From: an uncultured Clostridia bacterium
GTDB lineage: Bacteria > Bacillota > Clostridia > Christensenellales > UBA1242
Assembly (NCBI GenBank): GCA_944372365.1
Contig: CALVYP010000003.1
Location: forward strand, 2,029 to 66,028
DNA length: 64,000 nt
Reading direction: 5' to 3'
Positions 18,831 to 27,996 of the stretch are shown here, piece after piece. The position numbers and the translations under genes are program-made. The notes under the pieces are model-generated. The model had not been told where the DNA came from. It worked only from the letters and a program-made list of their open reading frames with translations, and searched no databases. Within the stretch, counting starts at the first letter, position 1; every line of letters begins with the position of its first letter.

Positions 18831-19682
18831 ATGAAAAATTATATACATAAAATTAAAAATGCAGACTTAAAAAATTATTGTTCTTTTAAAATCGGTGGAA
18901 AAGCGCAATGCATTTATTTCCCTGAAAATATGCAGCAAATAAAGTTTTTAATAAATAAATTAAATAAATTAAAAAAGCAATATTTAATTTTGGGAAATGG
19001 CACGAATATTTTATTTAGTGATAAAAAATTAAAAAAAGCAATAATTTGTTTAAAAAAATTTAATTTTTTGCAACATTTTAATGATATTTTAATTTGCAGC
19101 GCAGGGGCGGGCTTAGGGCAAGTGAATGCATATTGCGCAAAACACAATCTGTCGGGGCTAGAGTTTAGCTTTGGCATTCCTGCCAGTGTGGGCGGTGCGG
19201 TTGCAATGAATGCTGGCGCTTTTGGCGGTGAAATATGTGAGCATTTGATTGAAATTGTGGTGTGCAAGGATGGTGAAATCTACTCACGCCAGCTGCTGAA
19301 ATATTCATATCGAAAGGGAGTTTTAAATCCGGGGGAAGTTTTGTTGCTGGTAAAATTTAAGTTAAAACCGTGCAAAAATCAAAAAATAATTGAAAAACAG
19401 CAGCAATTTTTGCAAAAAAGGATCCAAACGCAGCCAGTTGGCGAATTTTGTGCAGGTAGTGTGTATAAAAGACAGGGGCAAATTATTCCTGCAAAACTTA
19501 TTGATGAGTGGGGGCTTAAAGGATTAAAAATTGGCGGCGCGCAAATTTCCACAAAGCATGCAGGCTTTATTGTAAACCTTGCTAATGCAAAGCAAAGTGA
19601 TGTTTTAACGCTTATGCAAATTATAGAGTGGGTTGCTGCCAAGCGCGGATATTGCTTCGAGCGAGAAATTATTATTGTTTAA
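18831..19682 (+). CDS. murB: UDP-N-acetylenolpyruvoylglucosamine reductase
   Basis: FKIGGKA, GNGTNILF and C-terminal MurB motifs. The 5' ~260 nt are strikingly AT-rich. Confidence 0.88.
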   Translation: MKNYIHKIKNADLKNYCSFKIGGKAQCIYFPENMQQIKFLINKLNKLKKQYLILGNGTNILFSDKKLKKAIICLKKFNFLQHFNDILICSAGAGLGQVNAYCAKHNLSGLEFSFGIPASVGGAVAMNAGAFGGEICEHLIEIVVCKDGEIYSRQLLKYSYRKGVLNPGEVLLLVKFKLKPCKNQKIIEKQQQFLQKRIQTQPVGEFCAGSVYKRQGQIIPAKLIDEWGLKGLKIGGAQISTKHAGFIVNLANAKQSDVLTLMQIIEWVAAKRGYCFEREIIIV

Positions 19683-19695
19683 CAACCGCCTATGC

Positions 19696-19724
19696 TTGCA
19701 AAACTTTTGTCAAATTGATATACT
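19696..19724 (+). promoter_or_regulatory. Sigma-A type promoter upstream of the PHP gene
   Basis: TTGCAA-17 nt-TATACT. Confidence 0.6.
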
Positions 19725-19741
19725 TAACATAAGGAGCAAGC

Positions 19742-20503
19742 ATGATACTTTACGGCGATTATCACACTCACACAATTTATTCAAAGCATAATCATGGCAA
19801 AGGCACAGTGTTGCAAAATGCAACGGTGGCGGCAGAGAAGGGGTTGAAGCAGATTGCTGTCACCGACCACGGCTTTAACCATGAATTTTTTGGTGTTAAA
19901 AGAAAGGAACTTCCACAAATCCGCGAAGAGATTTTAAACGCAAAAGAGATTACTGGCGTGGATATACTTCTCGGTGTGGAGGCCAACTTAATTTCTCTTT
20001 CGGGAGAGGTTGATTTAAAAGAAGAAGACTATGAAAAGCTTGATATAATTTTAATGGGGCATCACAAATTGGTTAAAACTCCAACCTTGCGTGATAAAAT
20101 CAAACTGATGTATGCCAACATGTTGGGCTCGCCGTATCGTCCAAGCGCGGACAGGCTTGCGCGCAACACCACGGCGTTTTTGAAGGCGCTTGATAAATAT
20201 CCAATCGATGTTATCACACACTTAAATTTTGGCTGTCCGACCGACACTTTGGCGGTTGCTAGGCTTGCAAGGCAAAAGGGTGTGCTTGTGGAGTTGAATG
20301 GCAAGCGCGTGAATTTTAGCGATGAAGAACTTCTTACAATGGCAGAAGAAGGCGTGAAGTTTATCATCAATTCGGACGCCCACACACCAAAAGCAGTTGG
20401 AGAGTGCAACAGGGCGATAAATTTAATTTACAGGCTTAATATTCCACACAACCTTATTGTTAATTTAGACAAAGAACCCAACTTCCAAAAAAAGAGAGGC
20501 TAA
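19742..20503 (+). CDS. PHP-family metal-dependent phosphoesterase
   Basis: N-terminal YGDYHTHTIYS..., VTDHGF. Confidence 0.75.
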   Translation: MILYGDYHTHTIYSKHNHGKGTVLQNATVAAEKGLKQIAVTDHGFNHEFFGVKRKELPQIREEILNAKEITGVDILLGVEANLISLSGEVDLKEEDYEKLDIILMGHHKLVKTPTLRDKIKLMYANMLGSPYRPSADRLARNTTAFLKALDKYPIDVITHLNFGCPTDTLAVARLARQKGVLVELNGKRVNFSDEELLTMAEEGVKFIINSDAHTPKAVGECNRAINLIYRLNIPHNLIVNLDKEPNFQKKRG

Positions 20504-20505
20504 AT

Positions 20506-21465
20506 TTGAGTTTTTCTAAAAGCATCAAAAGCGAAATCTTAACTTACGACGAAACCGCCGACACAGCGTTTGCCTTTCTGTCGGGGCTTTTTCATGGCGC
20601 TGGAGAGATAGAAAAAAACTCACAAGGTTTTAAGGCACATATAGTAACCGATTTAAACCAGTTATATCAAAAAATCAATGACATTGTGCACGCACTTTAT
20701 GGCGATTATTTAGAGCTTGAAATTGAAGATGACTATGTCATCAACAAAACCACCTACTATCGCATCACTTTTCCAAGCAGCATAGCAAAAAGCGTGCTGC
20801 AAGATGTTGGAATCATCTATTTAAAAGATGGTGGCTATCAACTCAACTACGGCATCGATGGCAATATTGTGGCGTCAAACGAAGAAAAAATTTCGTTTTT
20901 GCGGGGTGCTTTTTTGGGCTGCGGAACTTCATCAATCAGACTTAGCGAGGCTGAAAACATCAAAACCACATCGGGTTATCATTTGGAACTTACTTCGCAC
21001 AGCCACGAGTTTTTAACAGATTTAGCAGGCATTTTAAGTGAATTTGGCATATTTTCTAAGCTTGTTGAAAGAAAAAATTTGTTTGTTTTATATTTAAAGG
21101 AAGCTGAAGCCATCAAAGATTTTCTAGCGCTGATAGGAGCAAACCAAAGCGTGCTGGCACTTTCAAACGAGATTATCAGGCGCGAAAAGCGCAATCAAAT
21201 CAACCGCGAAGTCAACTGCATCAATGCAAACATCACTAAAACCGTTGATGCAAGCATGCGCCAGATTCAGGCGATAAACACCATTATTTCAACCATTGGG
21301 CTAGATGGGCTTGATGACGAGCTTCAAGAAGTTGCAATGCTCAGGCTTGCAAACCCAGAAGAAAGTTTGGATGGGCTGTTAAAACTAAGCACAATTCAGC
21401 TTTCAAAAAGTGGGTTAAACCACAGGTTGAAAAAAATACTTAAAATTGCAGAAGAATTAAAGTAA
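20506..21465 (+). CDS. whiA: DNA-binding sporulation/cell-division regulator WhiA
   Basis: Degenerate LAGLIDADG-type N-terminal domains and a C-terminal HTH; length is typical; TTG start. Confidence 0.85.
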   Translation: MSFSKSIKSEILTYDETADTAFAFLSGLFHGAGEIEKNSQGFKAHIVTDLNQLYQKINDIVHALYGDYLELEIEDDYVINKTTYYRITFPSSIAKSVLQDVGIIYLKDGGYQLNYGIDGNIVASNEEKISFLRGAFLGCGTSSIRLSEAENIKTTSGYHLELTSHSHEFLTDLAGILSEFGIFSKLVERKNLFVLYLKEAEAIKDFLALIGANQSVLALSNEIIRREKRNQINREVNCINANITKTVDASMRQIQAINTIISTIGLDGLDDELQEVAMLRLANPEESLDGLLKLSTIQLSKSGLNHRLKKILKIAEELK

Positions 21466-21474
21466 GGAGAATAA

Positions 21475-24400
21475 ATGAAGCAGTTTGTGCATCTGCATGT
21501 CCACACCGAATTCAGTTTGCTTGATGGACTGGCAAGAATTGAAAAACTTATTGACATAACCAAAGAAAGGGGATGGAAAGCTGTGGCAATCACCGACCAT
21601 GGCAACATGTTTGGTGCACTAAAATTTTATGAAACATGCATATTAAACGGCATTAAGCCAATCATTGGTTGCGAGTTTTATATAGCGCGAGACCATAAAG
21701 CTAAAAACACCAAAGATGACATCGGACATCTTATTCTGCTTGCAAAAAACAACGAAGGCTATCACAATCTGCTGAAACTTATATCAATTGCGCATGTGGA
21801 TGGTATGTATTACAAACCTAGAATTGACTATGAGCTTTTGAAAAAATATTCGAGTGGCGTGATCTGTCTTTCGGCGTGCCTTGCTGGACATGTGCAAAGG
21901 CTAATATTGCAACGCAGGTTTGACGAAGCTGAAAAGTGTGCGCTGTGGTATAAAGAAGTTTTTGGCGATGATTATTATCTGGAAATTCAAAATCACTATT
22001 TGCCAGACGACCAGCAAGTTGTTTTAGGATTGAGTGAGCTTTCCAAAAAGCTTGGCATCAAACTTGTTGCAACAAACGATGTGCATTATTTAAATAAAGA
22101 AGATGCCGAATTGCAGGATGCGCTTATGTGTGTGCAGATGCATAAATTTGTTGACGACACCGACAGGATGAAGTTTGAAACAGACGAGTTTTACTACAAA
22201 ACATATGAAGAGATGTTGCAAGCTTTGCCAGGCTTTGAAGAAGCGCTGGACAACACTTTGGAGATTGCCGATAAGTGCAATGTCGTCCTTAAAACCAAAT
22301 CGCTTGGTGAGATTGCAAGTGTTGATGAAAAATATAAGCTGCCAGCAAACAAAAACTACATTCCGCAATATGTGCCAGAAACAGGCGAAACAACGTTTGA
22401 TTATTTAAAGCGTATGGCGTATGAAGGGCTTGAAAAACTTTATCCAGAAGTGACGCAAGAGCTTAAAGAGCGCATGGAAATGGAGCTGCAAACCATAAAA
22501 GAGCAGGGGTTTGTGGAGTACTTTTTGGTTGTGTGGGATTACATAAACTTTGCAAGGCAAAACGATATTCCTGTCGGCCCAGGGCGTGGATCAGGCGCGG
22601 GCAGTTTGGTGGCATACTGCATTGGAATAACCAAAGTCGACCCAATGAAATATCATTTGTTCTTTGAGCGCTTTATCAACAAAGAGCGTGTTTCCATGCC
22701 CGATTTCGACGTGGATTTTTGCATGGATAGGCGCGGCGAAGTTATTGAATATGTAAAACGCAAATATGGAGCCGACCATGTTGCAGGTATTGTCACATTT
22801 GGAACAATGAAAGCAAAAAACGCCATCCGTGATGTTGGAAGGGTGCTGAGATTGCCGATAAGCGAAGTTGATAAACTTTGCAAAGATATTCCAAATTTTC
22901 CGCCAGAAGGGCTTAAAAAAGATAAGCCAGTTTTAAAATATTATTTCGGCAGAACAAAAGATTCGGCAAATGACAAATTCATCATTCCAGACTTGAAAAA
23001 GGCTTATGAAGAAGATGAACTTGTAAAAAAAGTTGTAGACATGGCAATCAAACTTGAAGGTGTGCCAAGAAACGCTTCCATGCACGCGGCAGGGGTGTTG
23101 ATTGCGCCTCAACCTGCTTCCGATTTTGTTCCGCTTGCAAGAAACGGAGAGGATATTGTAACCGAATACGACATGATTGAAATCGAACATCTTGGGCTTT
23201 TGAAGATGGACTTTTTGGGGCTTAGAACGCTTACAGACATCAAAAAAGCGCTTGATTATGTTAAAGAAAATCACGGCGTTGACATAGATTTTTACAATAT
23301 GGAGTATGATGATCCAAAAGTTTTTGAGCTTATCAGTTCGGGCAACACCGATGCCGTTTTCCAACTTGAAAGTGCTGGTATGAAGCGATTCATGAAAGAT
23401 TTAGGGCCAACCTGCATGGACGACATCATCGCGGGAATTTCGCTTTATCGTCCTGGGCCAATGGATTCTATTCCGCAGTTTGTAAAATGCAAAAAAGATC
23501 CATCCGCTGTGGTTTATGACGACCCATGCTTGGAAGATATTTTGGATGTGACCTATGGTTGCATTGTCTATCAAGAGCAGGTTATGAAAATCACGCAGGT
23601 GATGGCGGGATATTCGCTTGGGCAGGCTGATAATATTCGTCGTATCATGGGCAAAAAGAAAGTTGATAAAATTGCAGCCGAAAAGGTTAAGTTTGTGGAA
23701 GGTTGGGACGATCCAACTGGCAGGGCGTCGATTCCGGGTGCGGTTAAGCTTGGGCACAAGCGTGAAGTTGCAGAAAAAGTGTTCGACCGCATGGCAGAGT
23801 TTGCAAAGTATGCCTTCAACAAGTCGCATGCAGCGGCGTATGCGTATGTGGGCTATCAAACCGCCTATCTTAAAACCTACTATGAAGTAGAATTTCTCAC
23901 GGCAGTTTTAAACAACCGAATAACCAACTCAGACGAAATTAAAAAGTATGTAACCTATGCTAAAAAGGAAGGCTTTGAAGTGCTGCCGCCAGATATCAAT
24001 AAATCTGGAACATATTTTAAAACTGAAAACGGCAACATTCGTTTTGGGCTTGCTGCGCTTAAAGGCGTTGGCACAAGCGTGGTGGATTTAATAATCGCCG
24101 AGCGCAATAAAAATGGCGAGTTTAAAAGTTTTGAAGATTTTGTTTCAAGGGTTGACAGCATGGCGTTAAACAAACGAGTGCTTGAAAGCTTGATTGTAAG
24201 CGGCGCGTTTGATTGCTTTGGCAAATATCGCTCGCAACTTATGGCGGTTTATTCAATCGCTGTTGACAGAGCGATAAAAGACAACAAAAACAAAGCCAGT
24301 GGACAATTTAGCATGTTTGATAGTTTCGAGCCGCTTAAAAATCAATTCAACACGCTGGATTATCCAAATATAAAAGAATACAACAAAGATTCGCTTTTAA

Positions 24401-25089
24401 AATTTGAAAAAGAAGTGGTTGGAATCTATCTTTCAGGGCATCCGCTTAATGACTATCTTGATTATTACGACAATTTCAACCTTACAAGCGATATGATGAA
24501 GCCGGCGGAAAACGATGACCTAGAAAACGTAGAGGGCGGCGGTGATGACGCGGTTTATGATCAAATATATGACGGCATGCCTGTAACCTGCGGCGGAATT
24601 ATTGTTGAGAAGAATAAAAAACTTGGCAAGGATGGCAGAGAATTTGCCTTTCTTAAACTTGAAGATTTGTATGGCACAATGGAAGTTTCGCTTTTTGGCA
24701 ATGTTTTTCCAAGATACAAGCAAATTGTAAACGAAGATGCGCTGGTAACCGTCAAGGGCAAAATCTCACTTCGAAATGGCTCGCCAAGCGTCAACGCGCA
24801 GGAGATTATTCCTTGGAAAAAGCGCGGCGAACAGGCGCAAGTTGACAATACTTCAAGCAAACTCTACCTTAGGTTTGACACAAAAGATATCGACACCTAC
24901 AACAAAGTTTGCTCTTCGCTTAATGCCTATCCGGGCGAGGCGGAGGTTATCATAAAATGCACATCATACAACAAAGCGTTTATGTATAACGCCAAGGTAG
25001 ACCCAAACAACTATCTGCTAAACGAGTTGTATGGAATAATTGGCTATGACAATGTTAAAACCAACCAAGTGAAAAAGGAGAACGCATGA
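21475..25089 (+). CDS. dnaE: DNA polymerase III alpha subunit (DnaE type)
   Basis: PHP N-terminus (FVHLHVHTEFSLLDG), polymerase core, OB domain; 1204 aa. Confidence 0.95.
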   Translation: MKQFVHLHVHTEFSLLDGLARIEKLIDITKERGWKAVAITDHGNMFGALKFYETCILNGIKPIIGCEFYIARDHKAKNTKDDIGHLILLAKNNEGYHNLLKLISIAHVDGMYYKPRIDYELLKKYSSGVICLSACLAGHVQRLILQRRFDEAEKCALWYKEVFGDDYYLEIQNHYLPDDQQVVLGLSELSKKLGIKLVATNDVHYLNKEDAELQDALMCVQMHKFVDDTDRMKFETDEFYYKTYEEMLQALPGFEEALDNTLEIADKCNVVLKTKSLGEIASVDEKYKLPANKNYIPQYVPETGETTFDYLKRMAYEGLEKLYPEVTQELKERMEMELQTIKEQGFVEYFLVVWDYINFARQNDIPVGPGRGSGAGSLVAYCIGITKVDPMKYHLFFERFINKERVSMPDFDVDFCMDRRGEVIEYVKRKYGADHVAGIVTFGTMKAKNAIRDVGRVLRLPISEVDKLCKDIPNFPPEGLKKDKPVLKYYFGRTKDSANDKFIIPDLKKAYEEDELVKKVVDMAIKLEGVPRNASMHAAGVLIAPQPASDFVPLARNGEDIVTEYDMIEIEHLGLLKMDFLGLRTLTDIKKALDYVKENHGVDIDFYNMEYDDPKVFELISSGNTDAVFQLESAGMKRFMKDLGPTCMDDIIAGISLYRPGPMDSIPQFVKCKKDPSAVVYDDPCLEDILDVTYGCIVYQEQVMKITQVMAGYSLGQADNIRRIMGKKKVDKIAAEKVKFVEGWDDPTGRASIPGAVKLGHKREVAEKVFDRMAEFAKYAFNKSHAAAYAYVGYQTAYLKTYYEVEFLTAVLNNRITNSDEIKKYVTYAKKEGFEVLPPDINKSGTYFKTENGNIRFGLAALKGVGTSVVDLIIAERNKNGEFKSFEDFVSRVDSMALNKRVLESLIVSGAFDCFGKYRSQLMAVYSIAVDRAIKDNKNKASGQFSMFDSFEPLKNQFNTLDYPNIKEYNKDSLLKFEKEVVGIYLSGHPLNDYLDYYDNFNLTSDMMKPAENDDLENVEGGGDDAVYDQIYDGMPVTCGGIIVEKNKKLGKDGREFAFLKLEDLYGTMEVSLFGNVFPRYKQIVNEDALVTVKGKISLRNGSPSVNAQEIIPWKKRGEQAQVDNTSSKLYLRFDTKDIDTYNKVCSSLNAYPGEAEVIIKCTSYNKAFMYNAKVDPNNYLLNELYGIIGYDNVKTNQVKKENA

Positions 25090-25958
25090 AAATTTTGCTT
25101 ATCGCAAGTGGTGGCGACGCACCGGGGATGAATAAATTTATTGCACAGATGCAAAAAAAGTTTGGCAACAGTCTTTATGCCTGCAAAGGCGGATTTAAGG
25201 CACTTTATGACAACGAAATTTATCCGATCAGGCTTTTTGATGTTCAGCCAAACCGCAACAGCGCAGGTTGCTGCATTAAAAGTGGAAGATTTGCCGAGTT
25301 TAAACAAAGAAAATATTTTAACAAAGCGCTTGAAAATGCCAAACGCTTTGACTATGTTGTTGTGATGGGCGGCAACGGCTCTAAGAAGGGTGTTAAAGAA
25401 CTTTCAGACAATGGCGTAAAAGCAATTTTTGTGCCGGCAACCATTGACAACGATGTTGAAAAAACCGACTATTCAATCGGCTTTCATACTGCGGTTGCTA
25501 TGGTGTGCTTTGCGGTTAGAAATGTTATGCCAAGCATGGACGCTCACAACCGTGGTTGCGTGTTTGAGGTTATGGGCAGGCATTGCCCAGCGATAGCGCA
25601 AAACGCAGCCAAAATTTTGCAGGCGGATGTTCTTGTCGAAAACAAAGAGCAGTTAAAAATTGATGAAATTGCTCAAAAAATTAAGAAAAATCGCAAAAAA
25701 GAGCATTCTTCTATCATAATTATTCGTGAAAATATTGTAAATGCGGAAGATCTCACGCAGCAACTCAACCAAATTATAGGCGAAAAAGCGGTTATGCATT
25801 TTGTTGTTGGGCATCTTCAAAGGGGCGGCAGGCCAACTTCTGTTGAACTTAAAATGGCAAAGCAGTTTGCTCATGCGGCAATCAAAGCCATCAAAAACCA
25901 GCAAAGCGGCGTGGCGGTTGCGTTTGAAAATGGCAAAACTGTGTTGCAAAACATATAA
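25086..25958 (+). CDS. pfkA: 6-phosphofructokinase-family protein (short, divergent)
   Basis: SGGDAPGMN, PATIDNDV, MGRHC and HLQRGG motifs. It has GGNGS instead of GGDGS, and is 290 aa. The start overlaps the dnaE stop (ATGA). Confidence 0.75.
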   Translation: MKILLIASGGDAPGMNKFIAQMQKKFGNSLYACKGGFKALYDNEIYPIRLFDVQPNRNSAGCCIKSGRFAEFKQRKYFNKALENAKRFDYVVVMGGNGSKKGVKELSDNGVKAIFVPATIDNDVEKTDYSIGFHTAVAMVCFAVRNVMPSMDAHNRGCVFEVMGRHCPAIAQNAAKILQADVLVENKEQLKIDEIAQKIKKNRKKEHSSIIIIRENIVNAEDLTQQLNQIIGEKAVMHFVVGHLQRGGRPTSVELKMAKQFAHAAIKAIKNQQSGVAVAFENGKTVLQNI

Positions 25959-26026
25959 CAATTCATTTGACATATTTTATTAAATTTTGTAACATTATAT
26001 ATAAATGAAAGCGCAAAGGGGACAAA

Positions 26027-26390
26027 ATGTCAAAAAAAATCAAAAATTTTGTGCCAAATCGTCACTCCGGGGGGGGGGGCATTTAACTGCCACTTCTAAA
26101 CTTTTTTGTGGAAAAACGCTTTATTTATTTTTAATTTTATTTTTATCAATCGCACTTTTTGCTGGTTTATTTTTCACCGTTGGAGGCAGCTCCAATGGTT
26201 TTTTGTCTAACAAACCGCAGGATGTTTCAAACGCTGCTTCATCCACGCCAAGCACACATCTGGCATGGACGGCAACTTTGGCTATCATTCGTCCTTCCAC
26301 AACGGCGTGCCGATTCCGCTTGGAATATATGTGACAACCGAATTTTTCACTCAAACTGGAATATTATCATATTTACAAAACAATTTTTAA
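26027..26390 (+). pseudogene. Small single-pass membrane protein gene disrupted at a poly-G tract (phase-off, pseudogene or assembly error)
   Basis: Has a TTGACA promoter-like box, an AGGGGA RBS, ATG 26027 and a terminator at 26393-26417. The ATG frame stops at 26084-26086, just after 11 Gs. The TM-containing frame continues in the +1 register. Confidence 0.4.
26069..26079 (+). repeat. Homopolymeric G11 tract
   Basis: Counted directly: G at 26069-26079. Confidence 0.95.
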
Positions 26391-26392
26391 AA

Positions 26393-26417
26393 GACTCGCT
26401 TTATGCGAGTTTTTTTA
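26393..26417 (+). terminator. Rho-independent terminator
   Basis: ACTCGC-tttat-GCGAGT stem followed by T7. Confidence 0.8.
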
Positions 26418-26449
26418 TTCAATAAAATTGTTTTTTTGCATGTAAATCG

Positions 26450-26478
26450 TTGACAAAAAGCGCAGGTTATGATATATT
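26450..26478 (+). promoter_or_regulatory. Sigma-A promoter of the tRNA cluster
   Basis: TTGACA-17 nt-TATATT, about 20 nt before tRNA-Gly. Confidence 0.7.
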
Positions 26479-26498
26479 TACATAGTCGCTTAGCGCGC

Positions 26499-26572
26499 GC
26501 GGGTGTAGTTCAGTGGTAGAACCCCAGCCTTCCAAGCTGGTTGCGAGGGTCCGATTCCCTTCACCCGCTCCA
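26499..26572 (+). tRNA. tRNA-Gly (UCC)
   Basis: GCGGGTG/CACCCGC acceptor stem, anticodon loop CTTCCAA, CCA encoded. Confidence 0.93.
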
Positions 26573-26577
26573 TTCGG

Positions 26578-26654
<77 letters not shown>

Positions 26655-26660
26655 GAATAT

Positions 26661-26737
26661 GGTGGTCGTAGTTCAGTTGGCAGAACGCCAGATTGTGGCT
26701 CTGGAGGTCAAGGGTTCGATCCCCTTCGATCACCCCA
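26661..26737 (+). tRNA. tRNA-His (GUG) with G-1
   Basis: Extra 5' G pairing with C73; anticodon loop TTGTGGC; CCA encoded. Confidence 0.93.
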
Positions 26738-26752
26738 TATTTATTTTTTCGG

Positions 26753-26827
26753 TGGGGTGTCGCCAAGCGGTAAGGCATTGGACTCTGACTCCAACATGCG
26801 TAGGTTCGAATCCTACCACCCCAGCCA
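26753..26827 (+). tRNA. tRNA-Gln (CUG)
   Basis: TGGGGTG/CACCCCA acceptor stem, anticodon loop CTCTGAC, CCA encoded. Confidence 0.92.
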
Positions 26828-26893
26828 CACAAATTTCAGACGCTTGGCTGCGGCTTCTTGCTAAGTGATGCGAAAAACAAAAAATCCACCTAT

Positions 26894-26969
26894 GGTCCAC
26901 TAGCTCAGTCGGTAGAGCACTTGACTTTTAATCAAGGGGTCCCGGGTTCGAGCCCCGGGTGGGCCACCA
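26894..26969 (+). tRNA. tRNA-Lys (UUU)
   Basis: GGTCCAC/GTGGGCC acceptor stem, anticodon loop CTTTTAA, CCA encoded. Confidence 0.93.
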
Positions 26970-26970
26970 A

Positions 26971-26994
26971 ACCACAAATTATGTGGTTTTTTTA
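26971..26994 (+). terminator. Terminator after tRNA-Lys
   Basis: ACCACA-aatta-TGTGGT stem followed by T7. Confidence 0.75.
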
Positions 26995-27045
26995 TTAAAA
27001 ATATTGATTTTTTTTAAATATTATCGTAATTTTTTAGGAGTTGAG

Positions 27046-27723
27046 ATGTCTGACTATATTCAAACCGATTTAAAACAACTTTTGGATGAAGGAAAAACGC
27101 TGATTGAATGCAGAAGATTGGGCATAGATTTATCCAAGTTTCCAAATAAAAACTTTGATTTTTATTCGTTGCCAGAACAAGAGTTTCCAGATGATTATTT
27201 TGAAATTCAAAACGACGGCAATTTTTATTTCACGCATGATAAAATTGAAAAATACAGAAGAGTTCCGTATGTTGGCATCATTTTAAAAGACGGCACAATT
27301 TACAAAGTGGGGCAGGTTCATTCACAAACTGCAGTTTGGTTGAAATTTAACAAGAAAAATCCAACCGATGAAAATTTTATTGATCTTACTGGCAGTTTGC
27401 GCTATGTGTTTTTCCCAGGGCAAAAAAAGATCAGCGTTGTTCAAGGCTATGATCACGAAAATCCTTCCAGCCAAACAGATTTGTATGCTCTGCTCACAGA
27501 CTGGATAACATATTACGACGGCACAAAGCATAACACCGACATCATGCTTAGTGAAAAGCAGGTTATCACCTTGTTTAGATTGTGCAAAAGATTCAACATT
27601 GATTTTGAAAAAATGCTCAATGACAACATTGGGTTTTGTATGCAAGTTGAAGGCAGCAGCAACAAAAGGGTGGGCGATGAAAATCAAAAATGCATAAACC
27701 GCTCGTTAAGAAGTATTAGATAA
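27046..27723 (+). CDS. Hypothetical 225-aa cytoplasmic protein, no family recognised
   Basis: AGGAG RBS before ATG 27046. The track start at 26959 runs into tRNA-Lys and is rejected. AT-rich, and sits between two tRNA blocks. Confidence 0.65.
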   Translation: MSDYIQTDLKQLLDEGKTLIECRRLGIDLSKFPNKNFDFYSLPEQEFPDDYFEIQNDGNFYFTHDKIEKYRRVPYVGIILKDGTIYKVGQVHSQTAVWLKFNKKNPTDENFIDLTGSLRYVFFPGQKKISVVQGYDHENPSSQTDLYALLTDWITYYDGTKHNTDIMLSEKQVITLFRLCKRFNIDFEKMLNDNIGFCMQVEGSSNKRVGDENQKCINRSLRSIR

Positions 27724-27745
27724 ATAAAATGTTTTGTCAAAATTC

Positions 27746-27774
27746 TTGACTTATTGTTTTGATTTTGATAAAAT
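27746..27774 (+). promoter_or_regulatory. Sigma-A promoter of the solitary tRNA-Gln
   Basis: TTGACT-17 nt-TAAAAT, 20 nt before the tRNA. Confidence 0.7.
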
Positions 27775-27793
27775 ATCTTTGCAATTCTAATAT

Positions 27794-27868
27794 TGGGGTG
27801 TCGCCAAGCGGTAAGGCACAAGACTTTGACTCTTGCATTCGTAGGTTCAAATCCTGCCACCCCAGCCA
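27794..27868 (+). tRNA. tRNA-Gln (UUG)
   Basis: Same acceptor stem as tRNA-Gln(CUG); anticodon loop CTTTGAC; CCA encoded. Confidence 0.92.
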
Positions 27869-27870
27869 GC

Positions 27871-27895
27871 AAACTCGGGCTTCCGAGTTTTTTTC
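27871..27895 (+). terminator. Terminator after tRNA-Gln(UUG)
   Basis: AAACTCGG-gctt-CCGAGTTT stem followed by a T-run. Confidence 0.8.
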
Positions 27896-27953
27896 ATGGC
27901 AGGATATGGTGTTGGAAAAGGCGTTACAAAAGCGCAGCTTGAAAGTTACAAAA

Positions 27954-27978
27954 GGGCTTAAAAAATTAAGCCTTTTTT
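27954..27978 (+). terminator. Orphan terminator with no gene in front of it
   Basis: GGCTTAA-aaaa-TTAAGCC stem followed by T6, only ~60 nt after the previous terminator. Confidence 0.6.
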
Positions 27979-27996
27979 ATTAAAAATTTTTAAAAT

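Noticed and set aside
27897-27962. 21-codon ORF MAGYGVGKGVTKAQLESYKRA between the tRNA-Gln terminator and the orphan terminator at 27954-27978.
   Set aside because: It has no RBS and is too short to judge. It may be the stranded 3' end of a lost gene, which would explain the orphan terminator, but the sequence alone cannot support that.
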